Positions 1 through 9,883 of a stretch of DNA of 64,000 bases are shown in pieces. The notes beneath the pieces were generated by a model. The model saw only the letters and a list, made by a program, of their open reading frames with translations, searched no databases and was not told where the DNA came from. Source of the DNA: Enterobacteria phage CHB7; sequence record MK562504.1; one strand, 5' to 3'. Numbering within the stretch: the first letter of the stretch is position 1; each line of letters starts with the position of its first letter. The translations under genes were made by a program, and so were the position numbers.

Positions 1-257
1 TCAAAGACATAACCAACAAAGGCATCTACACCAACAGCTACTGAAGCCAGAGCCAGTTGACGGTTATTCAGAAGCAGTTCAACCTGTGAGCGAAATGCTG
101 ACTCATCAGAAATCTCTGCATTAACCTGATAAGATTCAGGAGTTACTTGTGAACTGAATGTATTGCTACGCATAACTATAGCAAGGCTTTCAACAGTGTT
201 CAGCATAAAGTTGCTATCAATACCTTTAGAGGCCAGCATTTCATTTACAGTAGTCAT
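1..257 (-). CDS. hypothetical protein, partial (N-terminal part; 3' end lies beyond window start)
   Basis: ATG at 255-257 on minus strand; frame open to position 3 (hand translation, no stop). Confidence 0.4.
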   Translation of the reverse strand, partial: MTTVNEMLASKGIDSNFMLNTVESLAIVMRSNTFSSQVTPESYQVNAEISDESAFRSQVELLLNNRQLALASVAVGVDAFVGYVF

Positions 258-258
258 A

Positions 259-681
259 TTAATTCTCTCTCATTTTGTTAAGTGTTTGTCGTGATAACTT
301 TAAGCTTTCTGTAGATGAAAAGTCAAGAACTTTTTCAGACCTTGGGAAGTAATGCCTATCCCATGAACTCTCTACATCGCTAATCAGTGTTGCTAGGTTA
401 TCTAAGTCTGTTCCGTTTTGCAACTTCTTTTTTAAAGAATCTATCAAGAAGAGTGTATCTTTTGCTTTACGCCTCTCAGCCGATATCTCCTTCATATGCT
501 CAAATACTGAACATTTCATTCTCTCATCGTAACCCTCGGAGAGTTCAATCTCATGTTGAACATCAACCATTCGACGATGATGGTAAGCGTATTCCTTTTG
601 AGCAGCAATGTCAAGTCCTTCCAACTTTTTTAAAGCTCTCATGAAGTCAGCTATGTCTGGGTGAACAAACATTCTCTGCAT
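259..681 (-). CDS. hypothetical protein
   Basis: 140 aa ORF in track; no recognised motif. Confidence 0.5.
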   Translation of the reverse strand: MQRMFVHPDIADFMRALKKLEGLDIAAQKEYAYHHRRMVDVQHEIELSEGYDERMKCSVFEHMKEISAERRKAKDTLFLIDSLKKKLQNGTDLDNLATLISDVESSWDRHYFPRSEKVLDFSSTESLKLSRQTLNKMREN

Positions 682-939
682 AATGCCCTCTTTTAAGTAT
701 CTATTAAACTTAATCTGTTTTCTTTACGTATTCTATACGTATAACTTTAAAGCTTCTTAAAAGCTATTAAAAATCTTTTAAGGGGTTTTAAAGAAACTGT
801 ATAGTTAATCTGTAAAGGGAGTCTTTTAAGTTAAAACCCACTTCGCAAAGATTAACACCTTGTCAAGTGAATTGTCAACTTGCTTTTTGAAACTTTTTGC
901 AGTAATGTATTGAGTCAATGATTTTGAGAGGGAGTAAAA

Positions 940-3639
940 ATGGAAAACGTAGATTTTGAAAACTTGCACTTGGTAGGTGATACCGAAACTGATGGGTTAC
1001 TCCTTGAGTTCACAAAAGCACACGTAATGGCATTTGCAGATTACAAAGATGACAGTGACGAACCTGCTGTGTGGGTCTTCACCGATGAACCTATTCTTGG
1101 TCACAAGTGTACCAAATACATCAAAGGTGGTCTTCGTGAAGGTGTAGAGTTTGCTCTTAAGGCAAAGCGTCTCTGCATTCATAACGGTCTGGGTTATGAC
1201 TGGTGGGTGTTCAATCACATTGCGCCGGACTTATGGAACTTTGACAATCCGAAGTGCAAACCTTGGGGAGACTTCTTTCAGGATTCTCTTATCCAGTCTC
1301 GTGTTCAGTGGATGGATAGACCTACACCGAAAGGTTACAAAGGTGCTCATGGTTTGGCTGCATGGGGTGCTCGTGTTGGTGTTCGTAAACCAGAGATTGA
1401 AGAGTGGGGCGTTTGGAATGCTGACATTCTGAACCGTGTTGTTGAGGATATTCGAATCAACGCCAAAACTAAACGTGCTCTTGATAACGAATACCTGAAG
1501 TTGAAGAAGTGTGGTGTAGACACTTACGAAACATACATGCGAGCTAAAGAAACATCTTTTTGGATGAGTCAGCAAGCTATCAACGGTTGGAAAGCTGATA
1601 TTGAACTTATGCAGTTCCATGTCAAAGAACTTGACAGAATGACTGATGAATTAGCTGCTGAAGTTGAGCCTCATCTACCACCGACTATTAAGACGAAAGG
1701 CAAAGTCACTGGCGAAGAGTTTGCAAAAGCTTGGAACGAGTATGTGGAGACATTTGGTGAAGCAGATGGTTTGAAGCGTATCACTAAGTATCCAAAAACC
1801 AAGTTCCGTCAGCAGGTTCGTAATGGTGAGATGCAGACTTACGCTATCAAACCTTTTGGTAAACCGACTACCAAGATTTTCAACATTGAGAAGCGTAACT
1901 GCTACACTCCAACTAACACGGTTACGGGAGAAGAGTACAAAGAAGGTTTTGTGGCAATGAAAGATGCTCGTGCAGTTTGTAACGAGTTGAATGCTGTGAT
2001 TGATAAGAAGTGTAAAGACTGGAAACCAGTTAAAACTGTGAAGACTGTGAAGTACTACAACAATCACGTAGTAAATCACTTTGAACTTGAGTCAAGCCGT
2101 TACACAGGTTTGATTGATGCGCCTTATACACCAATTGAGTTTGAAGTTTCACGCATGACTCAGGTTGCGGTTGTGAAGGATTATCTGAAAACTCTTGGCT
2201 GGATTCCTGATGACTGGAACTACAAGAAAGATTCTGATGGTCGTCCGGTGAAGGTTTGTCGCTTCAAAGACAACAAGAAGATGATTCGTAAACATCCGAA
2301 ATGGCAAGAGATGGTAGACCGTTGTGGGTTGAACTATGTTGAACATGAAGGTGTACAGTACATCGAACACAACTGGTCTGTGAAGAAGTACACAGATTTG
2401 CTTGAGCCTTGCTTGATTCGTACTTCACCGAAACTGACTGAATCATCTTACGATACGATTGAAGGGGAACTTGGACAGAAGATTGCGAAGTACTATACTT
2501 TGATGCACCGACGCAGAACTATCGAAAACTCAAAGGATGACGAAAAGGGTTGGTTAAACCAGATTCGTCCAGATGGTCGTTTGAGTGCTGGTGCAATGGT
2601 GTTTGGTACTTCAACTGGACGTATGACACAATATGGAATTGTGAACGTACCTTCTGGAGCTGCTGTTTACGGTGAACCGATGAGGGCAGTCTGGATTTGT
2701 GAAGAAGGAACAAACGTAGTTTCCGTTGATATGAACTCTGCACAGCTTGTTCTACTGTGTAACTTTATGGGTGATAAGGAGTTCACCAAAGCGGTAACTC
2801 AGGGTAAAGAAGAGATTGAGTTTATCCGTCAGGAAGACGGTAGATACTACTGTAAACACTTTGACGAATACCTGAATCCAGAAGTTGATAAGTATCTGCG
2901 TTACGACTCTGAAAATGACTTGTACGTAGTCTACTCAGGTACTGATGCTCATACACTGAACAGTATCTACTTCAGCTTGAACGAAGAACAAGATATCTTG
3001 ACTTGTCGTATGACTCAGGATGAAAATCTTCTTCACGAAATCAGTAAGGGTCGTAAGAAAGCTAAGAATGGTATCTATGCGTTACTGTTCGGTGCTGGTG
3101 ATGAGAAGTTTGCTAAGACGATTAAAGCTGCGACTACTCAGGAAGGTGCATTAACTAAACAGACTTACTTTGTGCGTTTGCCGAAGATTAAGAAACTGTT
3201 AGATGACTTGGAAGCTGACTTTAAAGCAACTAAGAAAGCACTCGAAGAAGTATTTGGTAAGACTGCTGCAATTGCTAAAGGTGGTTTTGTCAAGGTTGCT
3301 GGAGCATGGTTGTGGTGTAAGTCTCCACACAAACTGTTGAACTACTTGCTGATGGGTTCAGAGGCACAAGTTCAGAATGAAGCAATCAACCTTGCATGTC
3401 GTCGTATGATTGATGAAGGTTTGATGAAGTTGAACGGTCGTAAGCCAGCTATCGGTGCTCGTTTACTCTGTGCATATCACGATGAAACAAGTTGGGAATG
3501 TCCAGAGAGCATGACAGCAGAAGTTAAGGCTGTGACTGACTGGTACTACGGTCAAGCTTCTAAGAACTTAGGGCTTCGTAAAGAAACTCTGGTAACAGGG
3601 ACTGGTAAAGTTGGTAAGTCTTGGTATGAGGTGCATTGA
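940..3639 (+). CDS. DNA polymerase, family A (T7 gp5-like) with 3'-5' exonuclease domain
   Basis: 899 aa; exo motif DTETDGL near N-terminus; segments HNGLGYDW, AHGLAAWGARVG and APYTPIEF resemble T7 DNA polymerase; RBS GAGAGGGAG before ATG at 940. Confidence 0.9.
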   Translation: MENVDFENLHLVGDTETDGLLLEFTKAHVMAFADYKDDSDEPAVWVFTDEPILGHKCTKYIKGGLREGVEFALKAKRLCIHNGLGYDWWVFNHIAPDLWNFDNPKCKPWGDFFQDSLIQSRVQWMDRPTPKGYKGAHGLAAWGARVGVRKPEIEEWGVWNADILNRVVEDIRINAKTKRALDNEYLKLKKCGVDTYETYMRAKETSFWMSQQAINGWKADIELMQFHVKELDRMTDELAAEVEPHLPPTIKTKGKVTGEEFAKAWNEYVETFGEADGLKRITKYPKTKFRQQVRNGEMQTYAIKPFGKPTTKIFNIEKRNCYTPTNTVTGEEYKEGFVAMKDARAVCNELNAVIDKKCKDWKPVKTVKTVKYYNNHVVNHFELESSRYTGLIDAPYTPIEFEVSRMTQVAVVKDYLKTLGWIPDDWNYKKDSDGRPVKVCRFKDNKKMIRKHPKWQEMVDRCGLNYVEHEGVQYIEHNWSVKKYTDLLEPCLIRTSPKLTESSYDTIEGELGQKIAKYYTLMHRRRTIENSKDDEKGWLNQIRPDGRLSAGAMVFGTSTGRMTQYGIVNVPSGAAVYGEPMRAVWICEEGTNVVSVDMNSAQLVLLCNFMGDKEFTKAVTQGKEEIEFIRQEDGRYYCKHFDEYLNPEVDKYLRYDSENDLYVVYSGTDAHTLNSIYFSLNEEQDILTCRMTQDENLLHEISKGRKKAKNGIYALLFGAGDEKFAKTIKAATTQEGALTKQTYFVRLPKIKKLLDDLEADFKATKKALEEVFGKTAAIAKGGFVKVAGAWLWCKSPHKLLNYLLMGSEAQVQNEAINLACRRMIDEGLMKLNGRKPAIGARLLCAYHDETSWECPESMTAEVKAVTDWYYGQASKNLGLRKETLVTGTGKVGKSWYEVH

Positions 3640-4151
3640 TGCAAGATTGTGGTTTTACTCATGAGCAATTAAAATCATGGATTCACTACGACCCCTTAAC
3701 AGGGGTCTTAACTTGGATTGGTAGACCTCCTAACAGTGGTCGGGTGGTTATAGGCAGTCAAGCTGGGTCAATCAAAAGGACAAAATCTGGTGTGTATCTT
3801 CATACACAGATACTAGGTTACAGGACAGGGAATCACCGTATTGCTTGGTTCTGGATGACTGGAAAATGGCCTGATAAACATATTGACCATAAGGATGGAG
3901 ATGGTCTAAACAATGCTTGGGAGAATCTTAGAGAAGCCACGAAAGAGCAGAACATGGCTAACAGGAGACAACCTAGAACATCAAAGAGTTTAAAAGGCAC
4001 AAGTAGAAGCAAATCTGGAAAGTGGATTGCACAGATTAACCATAATGGAAAGACTAACCATATTGGCACATACATGACCGAGCAAGAAGCCCACGAAGCT
4101 TACTGTGAAGCTGCTATAAAACTCCACGGAGATTTTGCAAAACTTAGTTGA
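3639..4151 (+). CDS. HNH homing endonuclease with AP2-like DNA-binding domain
   Basis: IDHKDGDGLNNAWENLREATKEQN HNH core; C-terminal SGKWIAQINHNGKTNHIGTY AP2-like segment; ATG overlaps polymerase stop (TGATG). Confidence 0.8.
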   Translation: MQDCGFTHEQLKSWIHYDPLTGVLTWIGRPPNSGRVVIGSQAGSIKRTKSGVYLHTQILGYRTGNHRIAWFWMTGKWPDKHIDHKDGDGLNNAWENLREATKEQNMANRRQPRTSKSLKGTSRSKSGKWIAQINHNGKTNHIGTYMTEQEAHEAYCEAAIKLHGDFAKLS

Positions 4152-4176
4152 CAAGGTGCTCATGGAAGAGTACCTT
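4148..4176 (+). promoter_or_regulatory. candidate sigma70-like promoter (TTGACA-17-TACCTT)
   Basis: TTGACA at 4148-4153, weak -10 TACCTT at 4171-4176; upstream of 4204 ORF. Confidence 0.3.
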
Positions 4177-4203
4177 ATACTATATATTGTATAGGAGACT
4201 TGT

Positions 4204-4404
4204 ATGACTATTTCAGAAATTGAAGTTCAACTGCAATGTGCTGGATATTCTCAAAGTGAGATTGAGGCTATGTGCATCATCATTTGCAGTAGCCATAAGC
4301 ACCTCAAGCTTTCTAATGAAAATCTTTTCAAGGTTGATATTTTTATCGCTGGGGGCAAGATTATCAAGGATAAGACAGGCTACCTTAAAGGTGAACGTCT
4401 ATGA
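4204..4404 (+). CDS. hypothetical protein
   Basis: 66 aa ORF; RBS TAGGAGA upstream of ATG. Confidence 0.5.
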   Translation: MTISEIEVQLQCAGYSQSEIEAMCIIICSSHKHLKLSNENLFKVDIFIAGGKIIKDKTGYLKGERL

Positions 4405-4610
4405 GCCATCGTGGAAGAACTCATCTTGCCATGATGCAAGGGGCTTCAAAAGAGACTATCAAGAATCGGAAGAAAACTCTTTTTGACAGAATGAATAGAC
4501 TCATTGATAATGCAAGTCTACCTAACTCTGAAAAGGTTTTCTTGAAAGGGAATCTGAAGAGTATTGCACAGGAACTTATTGATATTGAACTTTGGAGACA
4601 CCAAAAATGA
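4401..4610 (+). CDS. hypothetical protein
   Basis: 69 aa ORF; start overlaps previous stop. Confidence 0.5.
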   Translation: MSHRGRTHLAMMQGASKETIKNRKKTLFDRMNRLIDNASLPNSEKVFLKGNLKSIAQELIDIELWRHQK

Positions 4611-4858
4611 GCAATAAAGAGCAAGAAGCTTTAGCAATCTTCAAGAGCGAAGACAAATCAATAGCTTTTGTCTCAGAGGCTTGGTGCAGAGATTTGGGGT
4701 ATGATTGGTATCTCTTCTTATGCGCTAAGAAAGATGTTAAGCCAGTTGATGAAACCCGATTCAAAGAACTGTATAATGTCTGCCAAGAGGGTTATGAAGA
4801 ACATTACAAAGGTTCTTTGAATCCTGTAAATTCAAAAGCTTCAGATTTATTTTATTGA
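4607..4858 (+). CDS. hypothetical protein
   Basis: ATG at 4607 overlaps preceding stop (ATGA); track ORF 4592-4858 trimmed to this ATG. Confidence 0.45.
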   Translation: MSNKEQEALAIFKSEDKSIAFVSEAWCRDLGYDWYLFLCAKKDVKPVDETRFKELYNVCQEGYEEHYKGSLNPVNSKASDLFY

Positions 4859-4868
4859 GAGGTTTAAA

Positions 4869-5114
4869 ATGTTAAAATTATTGATACCAGCTTTAGCAGT
4901 CCTACTGGTTGGGTGTAACCCTTCTTATGAGAATAAGGATGCTTCTTACAGACTTCCTCCAGAAATGCAAGACTGCAAGATTTATAAGCTTAATGGTGAT
5001 GCCATTAGCAGGGATGTTATTGTAGTTCGCTGCCCAAATTCTCAGACGACAACTTCTTACAAGTATGGGAAGAATAGTCAGTCACACGCCACAGTTTTTG
5101 ATGAGGGATATTGA
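4869..5114 (+). CDS. putative lipoprotein
   Basis: N-terminal MLKLLIPALAVLLVGC: signal peptide with lipobox LVGC. Confidence 0.5.
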   Translation: MLKLLIPALAVLLVGCNPSYENKDASYRLPPEMQDCKIYKLNGDAISRDVIVVRCPNSQTTTSYKYGKNSQSHATVFDEGY

Positions 5115-5115
5115 T

Positions 5116-5322
5116 ATGCAGGTTCTGGTAAACTTTATCTATAAGTATGAAAACATCTTCAGCACTATGACTGTAGCTCAACGCAATCCAGTTATTCCCC
5201 GAGAAGGGGAGACTGTTGAGATTAATGATTGGAACTACAGAGTTGAAGAGGTCAAGCATAAACTTAAAGATGGTTATGACCACCAAGTTGTAAATGTGTA
5301 TTTAAAAGGTAAGTGGCAATGA
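5116..5322 (+). CDS. hypothetical protein
   Basis: ATG at 5116 with GAGGGA RBS; track ORF 5065-5322 trimmed. Confidence 0.4.
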   Translation: MQVLVNFIYKYENIFSTMTVAQRNPVIPREGETVEINDWNYRVEEVKHKLKDGYDHQVVNVYLKGKWQ

Positions 5323-5561
5323 GTAGAGAAGACCAGTTAATTGATATGCAAAATGACAAAAATGAGGCAATATCCATAATCCCAATATTGTGGGGGCATG
5401 ACTGCACATATGGTAACTATCTGTGTGTTTGTGAAGACCGAAACATTGAACCCGTAAGCCGTGATGAGTATCAAAAACACTTAAAGGCTCTTGACAATTA
5501 CTTCACAGATAATAAATGCTCTCAGATTTCAAGTGAGGTCTTGCATGAAGATTTTTATTAA
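5319..5561 (+). CDS. hypothetical protein
   Basis: ATG at 5319 overlapping preceding stop; track ORF begins with GTG at 5313. Confidence 0.45.
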   Translation: MSREDQLIDMQNDKNEAISIIPILWGHDCTYGNYLCVCEDRNIEPVSRDEYQKHLKALDNYFTDNKCSQISSEVLHEDFY

Positions 5562-5642
5562 AGTTATTGATGAAGATTTTGGAGGGTGCTCTTGGCACTC
5601 ATTTTTCACAAAAGGTTGTCTAGCTTGTGAGGCACGTAATAA

Positions 5643-6746
5643 ATGACAATTCTGTACAAACAAAATAAAGATGGTTCTTTCAACGTCTGGTCATGCGTTG
5701 CTGTAGGTGACAAAGTGGTTACCACGTATGGCAAAGAAAATGGCAAGATGATGTTTGAAGAGTACACAGTAGAACCAAAAAACATCGGCAAAAAGAATGA
5801 GCGTAACGCTGAACAGCAAGCTCTCTTTGAAGTTGCTGCTAAATACAAGAAGCAGGTTGACCGTAAAGGCTATGCTTATTCAAAATCTGCTGCACAGGAA
5901 GTTGAGAAGGTTGGTGTACAGCTTGCACATGATGCTGCCAAGGTTAGTCATGCAAAGTATCTGAAGTTCCCTGCTGATGCTCAACCGAAACTTGATGGTG
6001 TTCGTTGCAGAATTTCTCGTCATCAGAGTATTGGTGGGACATTTACAGCTTATTCTCGTGAGAATACTGTTTACAATGTCCCTGAAGAGTTGATTCCAGA
6101 TTTACTCATGATGCTCAAACTCCATAAAGATGTTGATGAGTTTGACGGTGAGATTTATGCTCATGGTTGGGACTTGGAAGATATTGTATCAATGATTAAG
6201 AATGTTGACAATCCAGACCGTCACCTACTTAAATTCTACTGGTATGATATCTGTGATAATTCTAAAACTTGGCCTGAGCGTCGTGAAATAATTGATAACT
6301 CACCAATTGTTGAGCTAGGTGATGCTTGCAGGGTTGTACCTGTTCAAACTATCCGTGTTAACTCTTGGGAAGAGTTTGATAAAGCTCATGATAATTGGGT
6401 TAAGCTGAAGTTTGAAGGGGCAATGTACCGCTCCATTTCAGCAGACTCTTTCTATGAGTGTGGTCACCGTTCATACTTCCTAATTAAGCATAAGAAGATG
6501 CACACGGAAGAATTTAAAGTAACTGGTGTGAAGACTGATAAACGTGGTCATGGTAAGTTTGTTGTAGAGACACTTCCTAACGTCTTTGTTGATGTTTCAT
6601 GGAAAACTACCCATGAGAAGAAACAGTATCTTGCTGAACATCCTGAAGAATTTATCGGGAAACCTTTGACCGTTCAGTTCCAGAAGATGACTCGTAAGGG
6701 TTCTTTGCAGTTCCCTGTTGGTCTCGTTATACGAGATTATGAATAA
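5643..6746 (+). CDS. ATP-dependent DNA ligase
   Basis: Adenylation motif KxDGxR (PKLDGVRCRI); 367 aa. Confidence 0.8.
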   Translation: MTILYKQNKDGSFNVWSCVAVGDKVVTTYGKENGKMMFEEYTVEPKNIGKKNERNAEQQALFEVAAKYKKQVDRKGYAYSKSAAQEVEKVGVQLAHDAAKVSHAKYLKFPADAQPKLDGVRCRISRHQSIGGTFTAYSRENTVYNVPEELIPDLLMMLKLHKDVDEFDGEIYAHGWDLEDIVSMIKNVDNPDRHLLKFYWYDICDNSKTWPERREIIDNSPIVELGDACRVVPVQTIRVNSWEEFDKAHDNWVKLKFEGAMYRSISADSFYECGHRSYFLIKHKKMHTEEFKVTGVKTDKRGHGKFVVETLPNVFVDVSWKTTHEKKQYLAEHPEEFIGKPLTVQFQKMTRKGSLQFPVGLVIRDYE

Positions 6747-6752
6747 AATTTG

Positions 6753-6780
6753 TTGACATACCCTCTCCGGTAGTTATACT
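6753..6780 (+). promoter_or_regulatory. sigma70-like promoter TTGACA-16-TATACT
   Basis: TTGACA 6753-6758, TATACT 6775-6780; a 9 bp inverted repeat (TCCGGTAGT / ACTACCGGA) flanks the -10 and start region. Confidence 0.55.
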
Positions 6781-6830
6781 AGCAATATAAAATTTGATAT
6801 AGGAACTACCGGATGAGTTAGGAGAAGAAA

Positions 6831-7211
6831 ATGAAAAAGATTATGATAGGTGTCATTCTGGCAACTCTGAGTTTTGGTGCATCAGCTATGAAGATGCCTG
6901 AAGCAGACTTTAGCAAGGTCTCTATGGAGGCTTGTCAGATTGTTCGTAAAGTCGTAACAGATGCTGGAGAGTTGACTAAACCGTTATCTTCTCCAACCGT
7001 CATGGAAATGTCTGACCGTATCACTGATTACAATTATCGTGTGATGGCAGACTACTACGAAGCTGTTTCTGATGCTATGGTCACTCAGGATGTTGACTTG
7101 CTTGATGACAAAGACATTGAGAAGGTTGAAGATACTAAACGTGATATGATGGATGAAACGTTTAAAGGTGTTCATTACTTTGTTGAAAAGCGCACTTGTG
7201 TAGGTCTATGA
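6831..7211 (+). CDS. secreted/periplasmic hypothetical protein
   Basis: N-terminal MKKIMIGVILATLSFGASA signal-peptide-like; RBS AGGAGAAGAAA. Confidence 0.55.
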   Translation: MKKIMIGVILATLSFGASAMKMPEADFSKVSMEACQIVRKVVTDAGELTKPLSSPTVMEMSDRITDYNYRVMADYYEAVSDAMVTQDVDLLDDKDIEKVEDTKRDMMDETFKGVHYFVEKRTCVGL

Positions 7212-7212
7212 T

Positions 7213-7416
7213 ATGAAGAAGAATCGTTGCAGGAAGAACTATGGAGAAGTGCTTGACGACGAAGGTCATGTCATCTTCCGAGTTTACTGTGCAGATGACT
7301 CTGAAGTAGATAAAGCACTTGATGACTATATTAATGGTACTCGTGAAAACGTCAGAGCAACAAACATAGATTCATTGATTGACACTTCCAGAAAACGGAG
7401 GAAGAAAGATGAATGA
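7213..7416 (+). CDS. hypothetical protein
   Basis: 67 aa ORF with basic C-terminus. Confidence 0.45.
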   Translation: MKKNRCRKNYGEVLDDEGHVIFRVYCADDSEVDKALDDYINGTRENVRATNIDSLIDTSRKRRKKDE

Positions 7417-7708
7417 AGTCTTTGACCCTTACGCCCCACAAGATAAGTGGGAAGCTGATAGAGAGTATGAGATGGAAAGTTATATCTGTCCGATGGATGT
7501 AGACGAAATGAGAGAGTTCGTTGCATTCCGTTTTGAAAAAGAAATTGAGAAAAGAAAACTTTCTCAGGCACAAGTTGCAAAAATTTGTGATATCTCTCAA
7601 AGTCGTGTTTCCAACATTGTCAACGGTACTGGAAAGATTACCCTTGAATACATGTTGAAAGCTTGTGAAAAACTTGGTGTTAACTTCAACTTAAGGCTGT
7701 CGGATTAA
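7409..7708 (+). CDS. helix-turn-helix (XRE/Cro-like) DNA-binding protein
   Basis: C-terminal LSQAQVAKICDISQSRVSNIVNG HTH-like segment; ATG at 7409 with GGAGGAAG RBS. Confidence 0.55.
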   Translation: MNEVFDPYAPQDKWEADREYEMESYICPMDVDEMREFVAFRFEKEIEKRKLSQAQVAKICDISQSRVSNIVNGTGKITLEYMLKACEKLGVNFNLRLSD

Positions 7709-7709
7709 T

Positions 7710-8069
7710 ATGAAACGTGAAAATGCAATCTTCAAAGGTAACTTTGCAATTGGCTTCTACGGAAAACCTACTGAAACTGAGAAGCAGTATGGTAAATACC
7801 TCCTTGATGACCTGATTGATTATGTCCAAGAAGGGCTAATTAAACACTCTGAGAAGAATCGTGTGAAAGGTTATATGGCTGTAGGTTCAGCAATCTCTAA
7901 CATTAAACTGGAGACGACATGTGCAAAAGAAGTTAGAGACCACTTTATCCGAGACCTTCACAGTAACCTTGATGGTGTTGATGTTATGTGTGCTTGGCTT
8001 GATGTTGATGGTGCTAAGTATACAACTTTCGTATTTAAAAATGAGGATATCAAATGTCTCTTCCCGTAA
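7710..8069 (+). CDS. hypothetical protein
   Basis: 119 aa ORF. Confidence 0.5.
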   Translation: MKRENAIFKGNFAIGFYGKPTETEKQYGKYLLDDLIDYVQEGLIKHSEKNRVKGYMAVGSAISNIKLETTCAKEVRDHFIRDLHSNLDGVDVMCAWLDVDGAKYTTFVFKNEDIKCLFP

Positions 8070-8554
8070 AAATTGACTTGTTCTTTGGATACAATCTGAT
8101 GACAGGGTGTATGCTTAGTCTTCCAAAGTCTCCTTATCGTACTGAGAAGGGTGCTGTGAAACGTGCTGCACACTACAATAATGACTTAGGTCGTTTGCAG
8201 ACGATTTACAAGTGGCTTGAAGAAGATGGTCGAGTAAATGAGTACTTCCATCAGCTTCGTATGGCTAACGAAGAAAATAAGATGGGCTATGAACTGTTCC
8301 CACGTCTTTACAAAGTGACTTCACCAACTTCTCAAACTTGGAATGAGAAATCTATTGAGGGTTACAAAAAGGTCACAATGTCTCCGTTTAGTAGTGGTGC
8401 AGAGTTTGAGAAGCTACGTGAGATAATTTATCAGACTGTTGCAAAGCGTGTTGCAAAGGGTCTTTCTTATAATGAAAAGATTGACTGGAACACTCAAAAA
8501 GTTATACAATTCTTTGCATACGATAATGACAAACAAACTTTTGTAGAGGTTTAA
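8054..8554 (+). CDS. hypothetical protein
   Basis: 166 aa ORF; ATG 8054 with GAGGA RBS. Confidence 0.5.
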   Translation: MSLPVKIDLFFGYNLMTGCMLSLPKSPYRTEKGAVKRAAHYNNDLGRLQTIYKWLEEDGRVNEYFHQLRMANEENKMGYELFPRLYKVTSPTSQTWNEKSIEGYKKVTMSPFSSGAEFEKLREIIYQTVAKRVAKGLSYNEKIDWNTQKVIQFFAYDNDKQTFVEV

Positions 8555-8555
8555 C

Positions 8556-9074
8556 ATGAAGATTGGAAACAGCTTAACAGAGCCAGAAGCAATTCTGCTG
8601 AAGGGTGTTATCAAAGAGCACCTGAAAAATCGTAGACTCCAAGAAGGTACAATCCTGATTGAGACAAACTACGAAGCTGGAACGATTGAGTTTCTTGATG
8701 GAGATACTGGTGATGCACTTTGCCTTTTACCAACTCACCTCTTCACTACTGAGTTCCGAGATTCCAAATCAATCTCTGTGAAGCTGGTTCCAAGCATTGA
8801 GTTGTATGAAGGTACACAGTACCCACGTAGCTTCAAAGCCTTACTTAACATCTTCATAGATGATATTGTAGATTTGGTAAGGCCGGAAGCTGGTGAGTAT
8901 GTAATCACTGCTGAATGTCAGAATAGTAGCTACATCACTCTTGCTGGCAATCTTTCGACGATGAACTTCTTAGATTTCATCCCAAAGCACTTTGAGGACT
9001 TCCTTTCATCGTGTGGCGATGACCTTGATTTCATTGTAAAACTGGAACAAGAGTATAAGGTGAACAAGAAATGA
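8556..9074 (+). CDS. hypothetical protein
   Basis: 172 aa ORF. Confidence 0.5.
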   Translation: MKIGNSLTEPEAILLKGVIKEHLKNRRLQEGTILIETNYEAGTIEFLDGDTGDALCLLPTHLFTTEFRDSKSISVKLVPSIELYEGTQYPRSFKALLNIFIDDIVDLVRPEAGEYVITAECQNSSYITLAGNLSTMNFLDFIPKHFEDFLSSCGDDLDFIVKLEQEYKVNKK

Positions 9075-9340
9075 AAATCTTTAAAGTTGAACATTGTTAC
9101 ATGGAGAGTGGTGAGCCAATTCGTTGTCCTCATTGTGGTGGTACAGACTTCCAAGGTGAGGTTAAAGATATTGTCTCTGGTCATGTAGCAGAAGAGTATA
9201 CTCGTTGCCGTGGCTGTATGAATATTGTTTCATTTTGGGCTTATGGGAGTTATGAGCCACATCCACATATTATTTACCATCCAGTTAAAGTAGTGAAGAA
9301 CGTCATCAACTGGTTTATCATTAAAGGATTTTTCAAATGA
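9071..9340 (+). CDS. zinc-ribbon protein
   Basis: CPHCGG ... CRGC cysteine pairs. Confidence 0.5.
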   Translation: MKIFKVEHCYMESGEPIRCPHCGGTDFQGEVKDIVSGHVAEEYTRCRGCMNIVSFWAYGSYEPHPHIIYHPVKVVKNVINWFIIKGFFK

Positions 9341-9882
9341 TTCGTTTAGTATTTGCAAGTGGTCGTAAAGGTGAGTTTGGTACTCCTGATGGGATGCCTT
9401 GGGAACGCAACCGTGAAGACATGAAAGAGTTTAAAAAGCTGACTCAAAACCAGCTTGTAATCATGGGTAACGAGACTTTCAAGACTCTTGGACGTAAACC
9501 TTTACCAAATCGTGAGAACATGATTCTGTCAAACAACCTCCCGTATTACGGGATAGATTTTGATAATGATGGTTTTGTTATTGCAAAGGTTGACCCAGAT
9601 TCTTTCGGTGCATTCTTGAAAAAGATTGACAGTCAGATTGATGAAAATGTCTGCGTGATTGGTGGTGCAAACATCTTGAAAGCAGCTTTACCGTTTGCTG
9701 ATGAAGTTTACCACACAGTTATCTATGAAATTACTAAAGAGCCAACTGTGTATCTTCCTGAAGAGGGATTCTTTGAGTATTTACACGAGCCTGAACTATT
9801 TGCTAGAATACAGGCTAAACCTCTGGATGATAAATCTGGGTTGGTCAATTTCTATGTTCCACAAGTAAGAGGACGTTTCTGA
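9337..9882 (+). CDS. dihydrofolate reductase
   Basis: MIRLVFASGRKGEFGTPDGMPWERNREDMKEFK ... VIMGNETFKT: DHFR N-terminal signature. Confidence 0.85.
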   Translation: MIRLVFASGRKGEFGTPDGMPWERNREDMKEFKKLTQNQLVIMGNETFKTLGRKPLPNRENMILSNNLPYYGIDFDNDGFVIAKVDPDSFGAFLKKIDSQIDENVCVIGGANILKAALPFADEVYHTVIYEITKEPTVYLPEEGFFEYLHEPELFARIQAKPLDDKSGLVNFYVPQVRGRF

Positions 9883-9883
9883 T

